A stretch of 64,000 bases of DNA. Source: Chlorokybus atmophyticus (lineage: Eukaryota > Plantae > Mesostigma and Chlorokybus algae). A program made the translations under genes and the position numbers. The first letter of the stretch is position 1. Each line of letters starts with the position of its first letter. The stretch covers positions 186,001 to 250,000 of the forward strand of contig RHPI01000193.1 in assembly GCA_009103225.1 (NCBI GenBank). The letters run 5' to 3'. This document shows positions 28,652 through 39,321 of the stretch, piece after piece. Under the pieces are notes generated by a model. The model saw only the letters and a program-made list of their open reading frames with translations. It searched no databases and was not told the DNA's origin.

Positions 28652-30362
28652 TCCTGCTGTGTGTGCAGCCTATCACAGACACTCTTCACTACACGTTTGC
28701 ATCCACCTCATTCCTCTTCAGCCATAATCTCAGCCGTATTACTCGAGTCAGCGGTGTCGCTGCTGGTTACATGAGCCCGTGCACACAACAACGTATTGTC
28801 AAAGTTGCATGTGTAAGTCAAATCATGTAGCGTGGTTGCGCGCGTGTGCATGTGTGCTGACTTACCATCCCTTCACCCTTCTGTCCTTAGCACCTATCAT
28901 GTGGTAGCCTCCACGCCACCACAGGTGGGCCACCTGTCTCACCTTTTTCTCCCCCCTCGGCGCCTTCATCACCGCATTACATGTTAACACTACGCTAGCA
29001 ACTGTACGCGTTTAAGTACTTGTACTCTTTTTAGTGCCGAAAATTGGACTTTTTTGGCCGCGAAATATGTTCTAAACCATAACAATTTCGCTAAAATACC
29101 GCTTATTTCAACTTGTAGTACTTTTTGAGTAAAACGGAAAATTGATTTCGTGATGAACACTTGTGCTAGAAGTTGTGATTTTCACAAGTAGCATGTTGGT
29201 TGCACATTTCGCCGTCAACCTCAACCCTAAAAGTTATGAGTCTCACGCGCAGTCTTGGCAAAGATATCGGCGGAACTTACAACTTTGGCGGCCGTCTGGC
29301 GATCGCGGCCCGCCGCAGCGAGGCACAGTCAATAGTTGATCGCGGTCAATTGACTAAGTAGTTGACCGCGGTTATAATGTTATATATACATAGTTTTACT
29401 GATTAGCTGAGTTCAACGGCAGTCCTCCCAATTTATTGTTTGAATTATTGTGATCTCAATCAGATTATTAACGCGCCAAAAATGCATGCTAAATGTACTC
29501 ATTTAAATACAGTTTTCGGCCAAACTAGTGTTGAAGAAGTGCTTGACTTGTCCTCAACAGGCATCCTCAAGTTGATGTTGGTGAAATGCGCGCGCGAGGG
29601 CAGCCGCACCAACAAATGACATGACTAAGCCCTGGTGTGTGAGAGAGCATGCATGTATGGGTGTGCGTGTGTGTGCTCATGTATGTCTGTTCGTGCGAGT
29701 GCGCGCATGTGTGCATGTTTGCATGTGCGCATGCGCATGCACGGGTGTGCGAGCGTGTGCTAGTGTATTTGTGTGCGCGTGGCTGCATGTACGCATGTGC
29801 GCGCTGTAGCGTGCAAGTAGCACGCATGTATCCGATAAATGCAGAGTCTGCATGTGAAACAAACTCGGTTTTGCCCGTGCGTGACAGACTGCGCAGAGCT
29901 GCTGGCAACAGCTGATGAGCCGGGAGCCAGGCTGTGTTTGTGTGCGTACATGCGGGTGGGCGCGAGTGCGGGTCTGCTGTGTGCACTGTTCCACGCTCAC
30001 CAGAGCAATACAAGTTAAACCACAGTGGAGTGTGAGAATCACCCTGATATGTTGGGGTTGTCTTAGAGACATCAACTTAAGAGTTAGAACAATGGCAGAC
30101 TTCAGCAGTTGTCAAGTTGGTCCACTTCAGGATTGTAGACCCATCCACAAACAGAGTCAACATGTTCATTATGATGAGAACAGTAGAAAAGCAGTGGTGG
30201 CCACGTGGCATGGTGTGCGTGGCATGTGAAGGTGTACATTACATATCGAATGCAAGGTGTGACAGACCACTTGCTGTCTACACCATCTCTGCTGTGGCAA
30301 CAAGAATGTAGCCATACATATTGCCATGATTGCAAAGGATAAGTGCAAAGATCTCGAACCAG

Positions 30363-31086
30363 CTGCGCTATGCGGGGGAAATGAAGCGCGTGCTTGGAGT
30401 GCTAAAGAAGCAGCTGGTAGACAAGCCTTACATTGCTGGAAAGGAGTACAGTCTACCCCCGCTGCTATCACATTCGCCGATGGAATAACCCCATTATTAT
30501 ATTGAATTTTAATAATACCAACGGCCGCCGGGCATAAGTTGGTGGTTGTTGGAATAGTCTTATTCGTTTAAGACTTTTATCACATGGGTCAAAACCCGCC
30601 TTGCTATTCTAATGAAGGGGGTAGATTACGGTGAATACGGCATATATGGTGTTTTTAATTACAATTATGCATGAAACGAGTTACGATGACTTTATCCAGT
30701 TACGACTTATTACAATATGCGTAATGAAATCATAACATATTATGACACATTACCTCACAATAGTCACATTTATGCTTACATGCGACATAAAAGAATGATA
30801 TTCTAATAAACATATATGGGAGTTCTCCGTCATTAAAATGTCTTTGGTAAAAACCAATTATAGTCTTCTAGCAAAGCCAGACTGTATACCATTGCAGACA
30901 TCACCACCTACCCGTGGGTTAGCTCACTGTTCACACGCTTCCCCCCGGCGATCCGCAAACAGCTGGGGGCAAAAGATTCGCCCAATATACAGGCTTGGGT
31001 TGAACGTGTTGGTGAGCGCGATGCTGTCAAGGGGGGCATTGCTGCAGCCACCCCTCCTCGCTTGAATTGCAGAGTGAACCAGCAAG
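30363..31086 (+). pseudogene. Glutathione S-transferase (Ure2p/YfcG-like) C-terminal exon interrupted by a MITE; no N-terminal domain found nearby
   Basis: With the insert removed: LRYAGEMKRVLGVLKKQLVDKPYIAGKEY-TIADITTYPWV..DSPNIQAWVERVGERDAVKGG. Confidence 0.82.
30449..30884. mobile_element. Tc1/mariner-like MITE, 436 bp
   Basis: TA|CAGTCT...AGACTG|TA. Removing the element plus one TA restores AAG GAG TAT ACC ATT GCA GAC (KEYTIAD) exactly. AT-rich interior; the TIR is only 6 bp. Confidence 0.85.
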
Positions 31087-31676
31087 GTATGCCGATGACT
31101 CTGTGCTTGTTTGGGGCTGTGCATGTGAACGGTAGCTAGACTGAGTAGGTAGAGCACATAGCCTGGCGGTGGTGGTGCAAATATGATGATAATGGTAAAT
31201 GCTTTGTGCGTGTGCATGTGACTATAACATGTGCAGCAAAGGAGTGCGCATATATGTCAGCATGTGTAATGCAGCACCCCATATATAGCGCATAGCCATC
31301 ACGTGCTGGGTGGGGTAGCAGTGTGCAGCATCGACGCAAGCATTGCATCTCATGTGCTGCTGTCGGTTGAAAGTGCCATGCGATTGTTGCTTTGTACAAC
31401 AATTGTACGCTACTGCTTTGGTGAAGTGACCCACGCAGTGTGTTATCAAGTTGAACATGTGCAGGTTACAGCTATCAAGAATTGTACACACTCCGCACGC
31501 TTGAAGAGCTGCTTCTGCCCCCATGTGACCTCGACACGTACACAGCACTCTTTAACCGCTCACGCTCGTGAGTCAAAGCAAGCGGACACCACAAAATCTT
31601 GCGCTTGACTTGACCACACAAGTACACACGAATGCGCAAAGACACTGTGTCACCACCCATATTCACCGCAACACAT

Positions 31677-31980
31677 ATGGTCCGGCATTGCTGTGGTCAA
31701 GACCACGCATGGTCCGTACACCCATTGACAGTTGGACCGGCAATATGCCTGGTCCGGCTGCAGACCGTGTATGGTCCAGTCTTTCGCGGCCAGTAGGACC
31801 GGTAATATGTCTGGTCCAGCCACGCACCACATCTGGTGCGTGATTGCGCACCAGGATTTGGGACCCCGAACGGACCATGCACAATCCGTCCCGCGCGGAG
31901 CAGGCAGTCTTGGCTCGCGGGATACGGACCATGCATGGTTCTGGGGGTCCGTGAAAGGACCATACCTAGTCCTCGAACGT
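31677..31980. repeat. GGACC/GGTCC palindromic motif cluster; probable CACTA subterminal repeats
   Basis: GGACCGGCAATATGCCTGGTCC and GGACCGGTAATATGTCTGGTCC plus about 8 further half sites, directly 3' of the transposase. Confidence 0.6.
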
Positions 31981-32182
31981 CAATCCGTGTGTAGAGATCA
32001 CGGTTGAGCAACACCCAGAGTTTGCGTTGCAACTGGTCTCCACCGATGAGCGTAAACGCATCTGCCAAACGCACAATGCACTGTGCACCAGTGTCTCTAT
32101 CAATCAGGTCACTGCCCATGGCATCACGCTTCTTGGTGTAAGGCCGCACTTGCATATGAATAGTTGACTTCCGCCAATCTAA

Positions 32183-32317
32183 CAGCAATGGGTTGCATAG
32201 CTCGTAGACACTGTCTAGTGCCTATGAGTCTTCAATTGCAACAATGGAATGCATAAGTCGTAGGCAGTGGACAATGCCTATGAGACTTTAGGTCACAGCA
32301 ATGCATAGCTTGTAGAC
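32183..32317 (+). repeat. 56-57-bp minisatellite (about 2.5 units) in a transposase intron
   Basis: Units start at 32183, 32239 and 32296 (CAGCAATGG..GCATAAGTCGTAGACACTGGACAGTGCCTATGAG). Confidence 0.75.
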
Positions 32318-33805
32318 TAAACCACCCACCTATAGATTACCCCGTTATGCAGATATTCGCGGAACTTGCGATGCCTCTGGGCAAGTTGCCAGTGATGTTC
32401 TCGGCGCGTATGATTTCCAAGGCCAAGGGTCCCTCAGTAGTGACAGGCCTTCCTGGTGTGCCAATAAGGATGCCCTTCTCTCTAATCAGTCGTGTATGCT
32501 CCAAGTCTAGGAACTTCTCAGCAAGGGTCCAGAGCTCCATGGCGTGCTTCTGAGTGCGCACCTCGTAGTGACAGTCACTACATGCTCCACTCAAAGGCTG
32601 GTAAACCTGCTGAGAGTATGCCATTATATCATCAGCTCGGTAACACAAAAGCTTTCCAGTCCGCTGATCTTCTCGCATGACGTTGAGCGTCCTCAGAAAC
32701 CATCTCCTTAGTGTACGCCGCATGTAGCTGATCTCAAACTGCTTCCCGGTTGGTGAAGGTGTTGACATAGTTGGACACAATGCGCTCTTGCACAAAACAC
32801 CAGTACACATCATGACTCCCGTGCCAGATGATGTCCTCTAGAATGTGACCGGCACCGGCCACATGCTCGTTGGGCCTTTTGTTGGTGCCAAACAGGTCCT
32901 CCGAATAGACCCTTTAATATTCCAAAAGAGCGTCAGCAAGTTCCAACAGCTCCGTAGTCCATCCATGGCGGCGAGAGTTGTGGAAGAAGATGCGGATGAG
33001 CAAGTGAAGCGCAAAGCTGACGTCTCTGGTTGCTTTGTCTAGCAGATCGGACACAGCGTATGGCACAGCATATTGCACGAACATCTGTAAGTCTTGAGCC
33101 TTGAACCAAGCCAGGTGCTTGCTAATGCCTCTTGGGAAATGTTTGCTCTTCAAGTCCATGGGGCGTGATATGCGCATGTGGGACAGCCTGCGCTCCACCT
33201 TGGCAATGTCTTGGACATGCTTTGAACTGTCTTCACCAAGCGTACTGTGCACCAAACCCTTGCAAAGCCCCTCCAGCAACAGGTGCATAGTGTCATAGAC
33301 CAAGTCGCGGCAAGGGTTGAATTCATACAGATGCCACAACCGCCAGAGTGGAGATTTCCCGGTTATGCCGCACTCCATTGATTTTTCTTTTCGGTTTTGG
33401 CCATCGAGTGAGTCTACCATGCATGCGTTGTCATACGCATCTTTTGCTGCTCTCTCTGTTGGGGGATGGCGGCAGTAGTAGCAATTGTCACCATGAATAT
33501 GGTCAGTACGTGTCCTCGTAGTAGCTTCACCCTGCTCAGCACGCCGGGGCACTTGGTGCTGAGTGGCTTTGAGGAGACAACGGCGGCAGAGGACGAGGCC
33601 TCCATTCTTAAACTGGCCTATCTAACATTGCGCTGGCTGGTCACCCGTCCATGCCCACAGCACTACCCGCAGCGTTATCTCTTGACCTGCAATGAAGGCA
33701 ACATCAGTATCTCACAACACCAGTCTGATAGGACTGTCATAGGCCGCACTGGGCAGCGCAGCCTACGACAGTTTCATAGACCGCAAGAAGGCAGATATGA
33801 TATGA

Positions 33806-34020
33806 CCAAGTCGTAGCCACAGAACAGTGCCTATAAGATTAAGGTCATAGTCATGGACTGCATAAGACGCTGAATAGAGCCTATGACACACTACCATGGA
33901 GTGCATACTTCATAGACACTGGACAGTGCCTATGAGGCTTTGGGTTACAGCAATGGATTGCATAAGTCGTAGACATTGAACAGTGTTTACGAAGATGGAA
34001 TGCAAAACTCATAGACCGCA
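33806..34020 (+). repeat. Same 57-bp minisatellite family (about 4 degenerate units) in a second transposase intron
   Basis: Units at about 33891 and 33948: GCATAAGTCGTAGACATTGAACAGTG, ACACTGGACAGTGCCTATGAG. Confidence 0.75.
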
Positions 34021-35823
34021 CTGCTTACCATGCCGCGGCATCCATTGGAATTGCAGTTGCAGATAACTTGACGATTCTGCTGCTGCTGCTGCTGGCTCTC
34101 CACATGATGAGATGGCTCGTCGGCGAATGCTCCACCTCCCGCTTCAACAGTCGGAGACAGAGGGAATATGAAGTGGATGGCTGGCCAGCGGATGCAGGGG
34201 GATGAGCAGCAGGCTAAGCTTCTGAAGCTGGCCTGCAGGGCGTAATAGGAGCACAAGCACAAGGACTTACTTCCGGAAGCCCGATCAGCAACACACGGTG
34301 CAATACCTTGAAGGGGAGGCCACAGCACAACACCAAGGAAGGAGAGGATGCCACCAACGTCTCTACTCATCTCCCACACACATGCCCACTCAAGCACAAC
34401 CCACACACTTGTGCAAGGCTGCCACAAGCATCACACCCCACATGGGATGAGAGGGAGAGCCCCTTGAACAACTAAACTAGGCACCCCACACACAAGAGTT
34501 AAATATGCACATGCTGAGCTCCTTTAACACTTGTTGAGGCCGTTTATATACCCCCTCTTTGCTGCTCTCCGACCTACAACATCCAAGTCCAAGGCCAAGG
34601 CTACTTGCCTTGTCATGGCTGCTGACCACAACACATGTCTAGGGCTGCCACATCAGCCCTTGGACCTCTTGTTTAATGTTCAAGACGGATCACACATCAG
34701 CCTCGCACATTGTGAACGTCTTTGGCTGGTCATATCAGCCTAGGACATCACACACATGCATATATATGCATACATCTAGTACGTACCTCATATCCTCACA
34801 TATGCACTCATATGCGGACATATGCACATGCAAACATATGCACACACATGCGGACACATGGCTCACATGGCCATGTCTCAATGGTACCGACCAGCTCTGT
34901 GCTTGCTGATATGCAATACCTTGTGTAGCTTATCTCACACAAGGCCTTATAGGCTCAAGAGCAGACCACGTGAGAGCCACCCCACAAGCACTACACACGC
35001 TTATGACATGGAAAACGCACCCGGTCGCATGTAAATTACATAAGTAAGGAACAGTGAATGACTTTAGCCAGCCTTCAAGGCCTACATAAGTTATTGGCGT
35101 GACATTCCTCCCACTTGCATTGCAACGACCTCGTTGCAAAAAGGATGAACACATGTCCCGCACAGCTTCTGGCAAAGTTGGCCAAACCCGCCGATAGCTG
35201 CACTCCACGCGTTAAGGAAGATGCCAGAAAACGGAGGGCCAGTCAAGAAGGGCTCGACCAGATCTCTGGAAGGGCCTGGCGCCAAGTAGTATAACTTGAC
35301 CATATGAGCAGCAAATGAGGAGCTCTTTAGTGCGTCGGAAAGGTCTAGAAGTGTACTACACGATTCTGCAAGAATATCCTAGCTTCTAGCGCTAGAATCG
35401 TCTAGACCATAGCACGTGCAGACCGGTAGGTATAAAAGTGACATTCTACAATTTGCAATACAACCTGTAGCTCCCTAGTTGCTGGTGTGCAAGCTTGGTG
35501 GTGGTTAGCAAAGGTTGCTAGCGTGTACCCACTAATGTGTGCTTGCTTGTGTGACGATCCAAGGCGCTACACAAGTCGGTGTGTAGCTTGGAGCGCATGC
35601 GCGTGCGTACGCAAGTGGCGGGGCGCGCATGTGTGCTTGGAAGAGGGGGCAAGGTTCCGGTGTGAATACCGTGTCTTGGTGAGAGGGTTGTTGATTGGAC
35701 CAACTCACAGGTGACAAGGCAGGAGCACTGTCACAACAGATATCGGAGCGTGGTTTACGAAGGTGAGAGAGGAAGTGTGTGGGCGTTTACACTTTTCATT
35801 CGGAGTGTAGTGTGTTAGTGGAG

Positions 35824-36852
35824 ATGGAGGATGCTCGCATGGAAGAGCTTCAAGCTGCCATCTTAGCTTTGAGGGAAGAGCTTCATCACACTCAAGCGGC
35901 GGCACAAGCACAACGCGAGGCGTATGAGCATGCGACGGCGCGTGTGCAAGTTCCCATAGCATCAAGCTCGCGCGTGCATGTAAAGGTGCCAAAGCCCAAG
36001 CCATTCAAAGGTCAACGTGATGGAGATGCATTGGATGAATGGATTTTCCCAGTATCATCTTGGCTGAAGCTCATGGAGGTGCCCACGCATCTGCACGTGG
36101 AGGTCGCAGCGACATTGCTTGAAGGTGCAGCACTTGTATGGTGGAGACATCGATGTACGCGTGTTGCAAGTGGGTTGGCGCTGCCATTGACCACCATGGA
36201 AGAGTTGGCACTGGAGGTCAGGCATCAATTTGTGCCCGTTGAGAGCGTGAAGGCCGCACGCGATAAACTTGCAACCTTTGTGCAAATGGGGTCGGTGATG
36301 GCGTACACGGCTGCGTTTCAGCAATTGGTGATGTCCATACCCAATATGACCGAGGAGGAGCAGCTGGACAGGTATACACGTGGTTAAAAACCTTTGGGGC
36401 GTAAAAAAATGGAGCTACGGGACCAGAAGACACTTACGGAGGCTATACGCATTGCGGAGCGTCTCGACGCGTTGTACTCCCAGTCCACAAGAAACATTGA
36501 CTTGAGGCAAATGCATGGTGATCAGCTCCGGGGAGACTTTTAACATGTATGGAGACGAGGAGAACCAAGTTTAGCGCTTGCCAATGGAGGTGGAGCTGAC
36601 TCTGGGCCTGCACCAATGGAGGTGGGTGCCATACACACGCGTGGAAGTGAGGCGAAGCACGGCGGACGTGGTGAAAGAGGTAAAGGTGTGCACAAGTGTT
36701 ATGCGTGTTGGTCGACTGAGCATTTGGCGTACGGATGCCCCAAACGAAGGACGCAAAGGCCAACACCGGATGGCAACCCTCGCCGTGATCGTCGCGTCAA
36801 CACCATGAGCAAAATAGCGTGGAGCAGGAAAACGACTTCCCCCAGTAGGTGA
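35824..36852 (+). pseudogene. gag: Gag (retrotransposon capsid and CCHC zinc knuckle), frameshifted
   Basis: KVPKPKPFKGQRDGDALDEW..LLEGAALVWW..QMGSVMAYTAAFQQL..EEQLDRYTRG, then a stop or frameshift at 36385, then CYACWSTEHLAYGC. Confidence 0.9.
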
Positions 36853-38293
36853 AGAGGCTACTGCTGGATAGGAAGGAGCCTCATGCACGGACGGATGCTG
36901 TGACATTTCCATTAAGGAAGCAAGAGGAGATGGCTATGAACGCGCCAACGGTGGTGAGTTACGCAAAAGAGGAGACAACAAAGTATTTCGGGCTTCGAGC
37001 ACACATTTGCGATGACCAAGGACGATGGAGAGAGTGTAAGCTCATGATTGATAGCGGTGCCAACAGCAACTTAATGAGTATTGATTTTGCGCGGCGTTAC
37101 GGTTGGCTTTCGTCATTACGAGGAGGTGAAGTGAAGCTCGCTGATGGAGAGCCACCTTCCAGAGGTAATTGCGCTGCGTTTATGACCAAAGAGTTGTGCG
37201 TTCGCATTGCGAAGATGAAGGAGAACATGCGATTTTACTGCATCACCCTACGGAACGGGTTTGACGGAATTTTGGGACTACCGTGGCTATGGCAACATAA
37301 TCCATCCATCAATTGCAGGAAGCGCGTGCTCACCATCGAACGAAACGGTGGAGAGTCCATTCAAGGTGGTACGACAATTGATTAAATCTCTTAAGTGCAA
37401 TTGAGGAAGTTATTGTCTCCACGCAAGGCAAAGGCTGCATGGTTGTGCGTAGTGCGCGAAAACACTGCAAAGTCAACACCGGAGCTGAGTGACGATGTTA
37501 AGACGGCTACGATGGACCCCGAGGTGTGTAAACTTGTTAAAGAGTTCCAAGATATCATGGTGGACGAACTTCCATCTGGTCTACCACCTCCACAGAGCGT
37601 AGACCACCGTGTGGAGCTGATTGAGGGCGTGCACAAGCCACCGACACGATATCAACCTATATACAAGTTGTCACCTTTGGAGCTGGAAGAGGCCGAGATG
37701 CAGGTGGCGGACTTGAAAAGAGGCTACATCAGGCCTAGTAAGTTCCCTTATGGTGCACCTATTTTGTTCGTAAGAAAGAAGAACGGGAGCTTGCGCATGT
37801 GCGTCAACAACCGCGCTCTTAACAACATCACGAAGAGGAATTGCTTTCCACTCCCACGTATTGACGAGTTGCTGGAGCAATTGCAAGGTGCGCAGTATTT
37901 CACAATACTTGATCTTGCTGGAGGTTATCACCAAATCCGCATCGCGCCCGAGGATGTGGAGCTTTTGACACACGTTATGAGCACTACGAGTAGTTGGTTA
38001 TGTCCTTCGGACTTACGAACGCGCCGGCAACATTTCAAATGCTAATGAACATCGTTTTTGCTGACTTGATTGGCAAGGGAGTCTTCGTGTACCTCGACGA
38101 CATTTTGGTGTATGCGAAGACAAAGGAGGAGCACGTGGCACTTCTACGGCGCGTGTTGCAGCGTTTGCGCGAACACAAGTTGTACGCCCAGCTACAAAAG
38201 TGCAAATTCTTGCTTCGAGAGGTGGAGTACCTAGGCCACATCGTGTTACATGAAGCATCCCGGGAGCCAGAGGCATACTTGGCTAATGTTTAA
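36849..38293 (+). pseudogene. pol: Degenerate pol of copy 2 (PR and RT only; joined in frame to the chromodomain tail)
   Basis: Three ORF pieces (36849-37385, 37395-38045, 37994-38293) nearly identical to copy 1; ends LGHIV-LHEASREPEAYLANV*. Confidence 0.92.
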
Positions 38294-39097
38294 GACGTTG
38301 CGCGTGACTATCTTGCTCGACGACCACCTCGCGAGCTTCGAGGACGATGCTCACCTTAGGGGGGAGGAGTGTAATAGTCAAGGCCAAATTTCGTGATTTT
38401 CATGGCCATTTTAGGCCTTATTTGTGAGATACCATGTTTTTCATGACTTGTGGCGGATATCGGCGAGTTGCGAGTCTGCCGCAGATGTCGACCGGCCCAG
38501 GGCCAGTCTAGAAGACGCCAGAAAACGGAGGGCCAGTCGAGAAGGGCTCGACTACATTTCTGGAAGGGCCTGGCGCCAAGTAGTATAACTTGACCATATG
38601 AGCAGCAAATGAGGAGGTCTTTGGTGCGTCGGAAAGATCTAGAAGTGTACTACAAGATTCTGCAAGAATATCTTTGCTTCTAGCGCTAGAATCGTGTAGA
38701 CAGTAGCATGTGCAGACTGGTAGGTATAAAAGTGACATTTTACAATTAGCAATACAACCTTTAGATCCCTAGTTTTTGGTGTGCAAGCTTGGTGGTGGTT
38801 AGCAGGAGTTGCTAGCGTGTGCCCACTGGTGTGTGCTTGCTTGTATGATGATCCAAGGCGCTACACAAGTCGGTGTGTAGCTTGGAGCGCATGCGCGTGC
38901 GCGTGCGCGTGCGTATGCGAGTGGCGGGGCGCGCGTGTGTGCTTGGCAGAGGGGGCAAGGTTCCGGTGTGAACACCGTGTCTTGGTGAGAGGGTTGTTGA
39001 TTGGACCAACTCACAGGTGACAAGGCACGAGCACCGTAACAGGCATGGTGGGGTTTGACACCAAGGACACCCCACCGGCACAGTGCTCGCCCTGTGC

Positions 39098-39210
39098 AAA
39101 TATGGGCTTCATCTCGAACCTCGACCACTAACCCTAACCCACTTCGCCCCTGGTAAATATGGGCTTCATCTCGGACCTCGACCACTAACCCTAACCCACT
39201 TCACCCCTGG
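39098..39210 (+). repeat. 57-bp tandem dimer containing TAACCCTAACCC
   Basis: AAATATGGGCTTCATCTCG(A/G)ACCTCGACCACTAACCCTAACCCACTTC(G/A)CCCCTGG at 39098 and 39155. Confidence 0.9.
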
Positions 39211-39321
39211 CAGCGCCGCCAACGATCCACCAAACGCCACATACCCTCGGCATCACCGCCCTGTAAAGGCATAGCTTGGTGGAGTCATCAATAGTGTTTG
39301 CGCAGGGATTGGCATTGCCAG

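Larger units (their letters stand above)
31970..35208 (-). mobile_element. CACTA/EnSpm (CMC) transposase pseudogene, multi-exon, 5' end truncated by gypsy copy 2
   Basis: NVTPITY..LHATGCVF..VCSACG (35.0-35.1 kb), VLWAWTGDQPAQC-IGQFKNGGLVLCRRC (33.6 kb), GITGKSPLWRLWHLYEFNPCRDLVYDTMHLLLEGLCK and WFKAQDLQMFVQY (33.1-33.4 kb). These are EnSpm-type DxPA..C..C and DxMH...G motifs. Confidence 0.85.
35216..39041 (+). mobile_element. Ty3/gypsy chromovirus copy 2: 5'-truncated LTR, PBS, gag, internally deleted pol, PPT, 3' LTR
   Basis: LTR 35216-35735, PBS-like AGATATCGGAGC (35738-35749), gag, pol colinear with copy 1 but lacking RNase H and integrase, PPT GGGGGGAGGAG, LTR 38370-39041 (TGTAAT...GTAACA). 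Confidence 0.95.

Noticed and set aside
29341-29370. 9-bp GC-rich hairpin as a Helitron 3' end
   Set aside because: No CTRR terminus at the expected distance on either strand.
29550-29960. Minus-strand spliced small membrane protein (SAFIGYM../LMSFVGAAALAR, DUF202-like)
   Set aside because: Resemblance is too short, splice phases are ambiguous, and no start was found.
36820-36870. Programmed gag-pol recoding (GGAAAAC slippery site or CAG-TAG-GTG readthrough)
   Set aside because: Copy 2 has indels here (2 G versus 4 G in copy 1) and copy 1 is cut by the window edge, so the native frame relation cannot be determined.
39079-39096. RSS-like CACAGTG, and GCCCTGTG as the partner TIR of CACAGGGC at 6852
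   Set aside because: The match stops at 8 bp, there is no nonamer or TSD, and the sites are 32 kb apart with host genes between.
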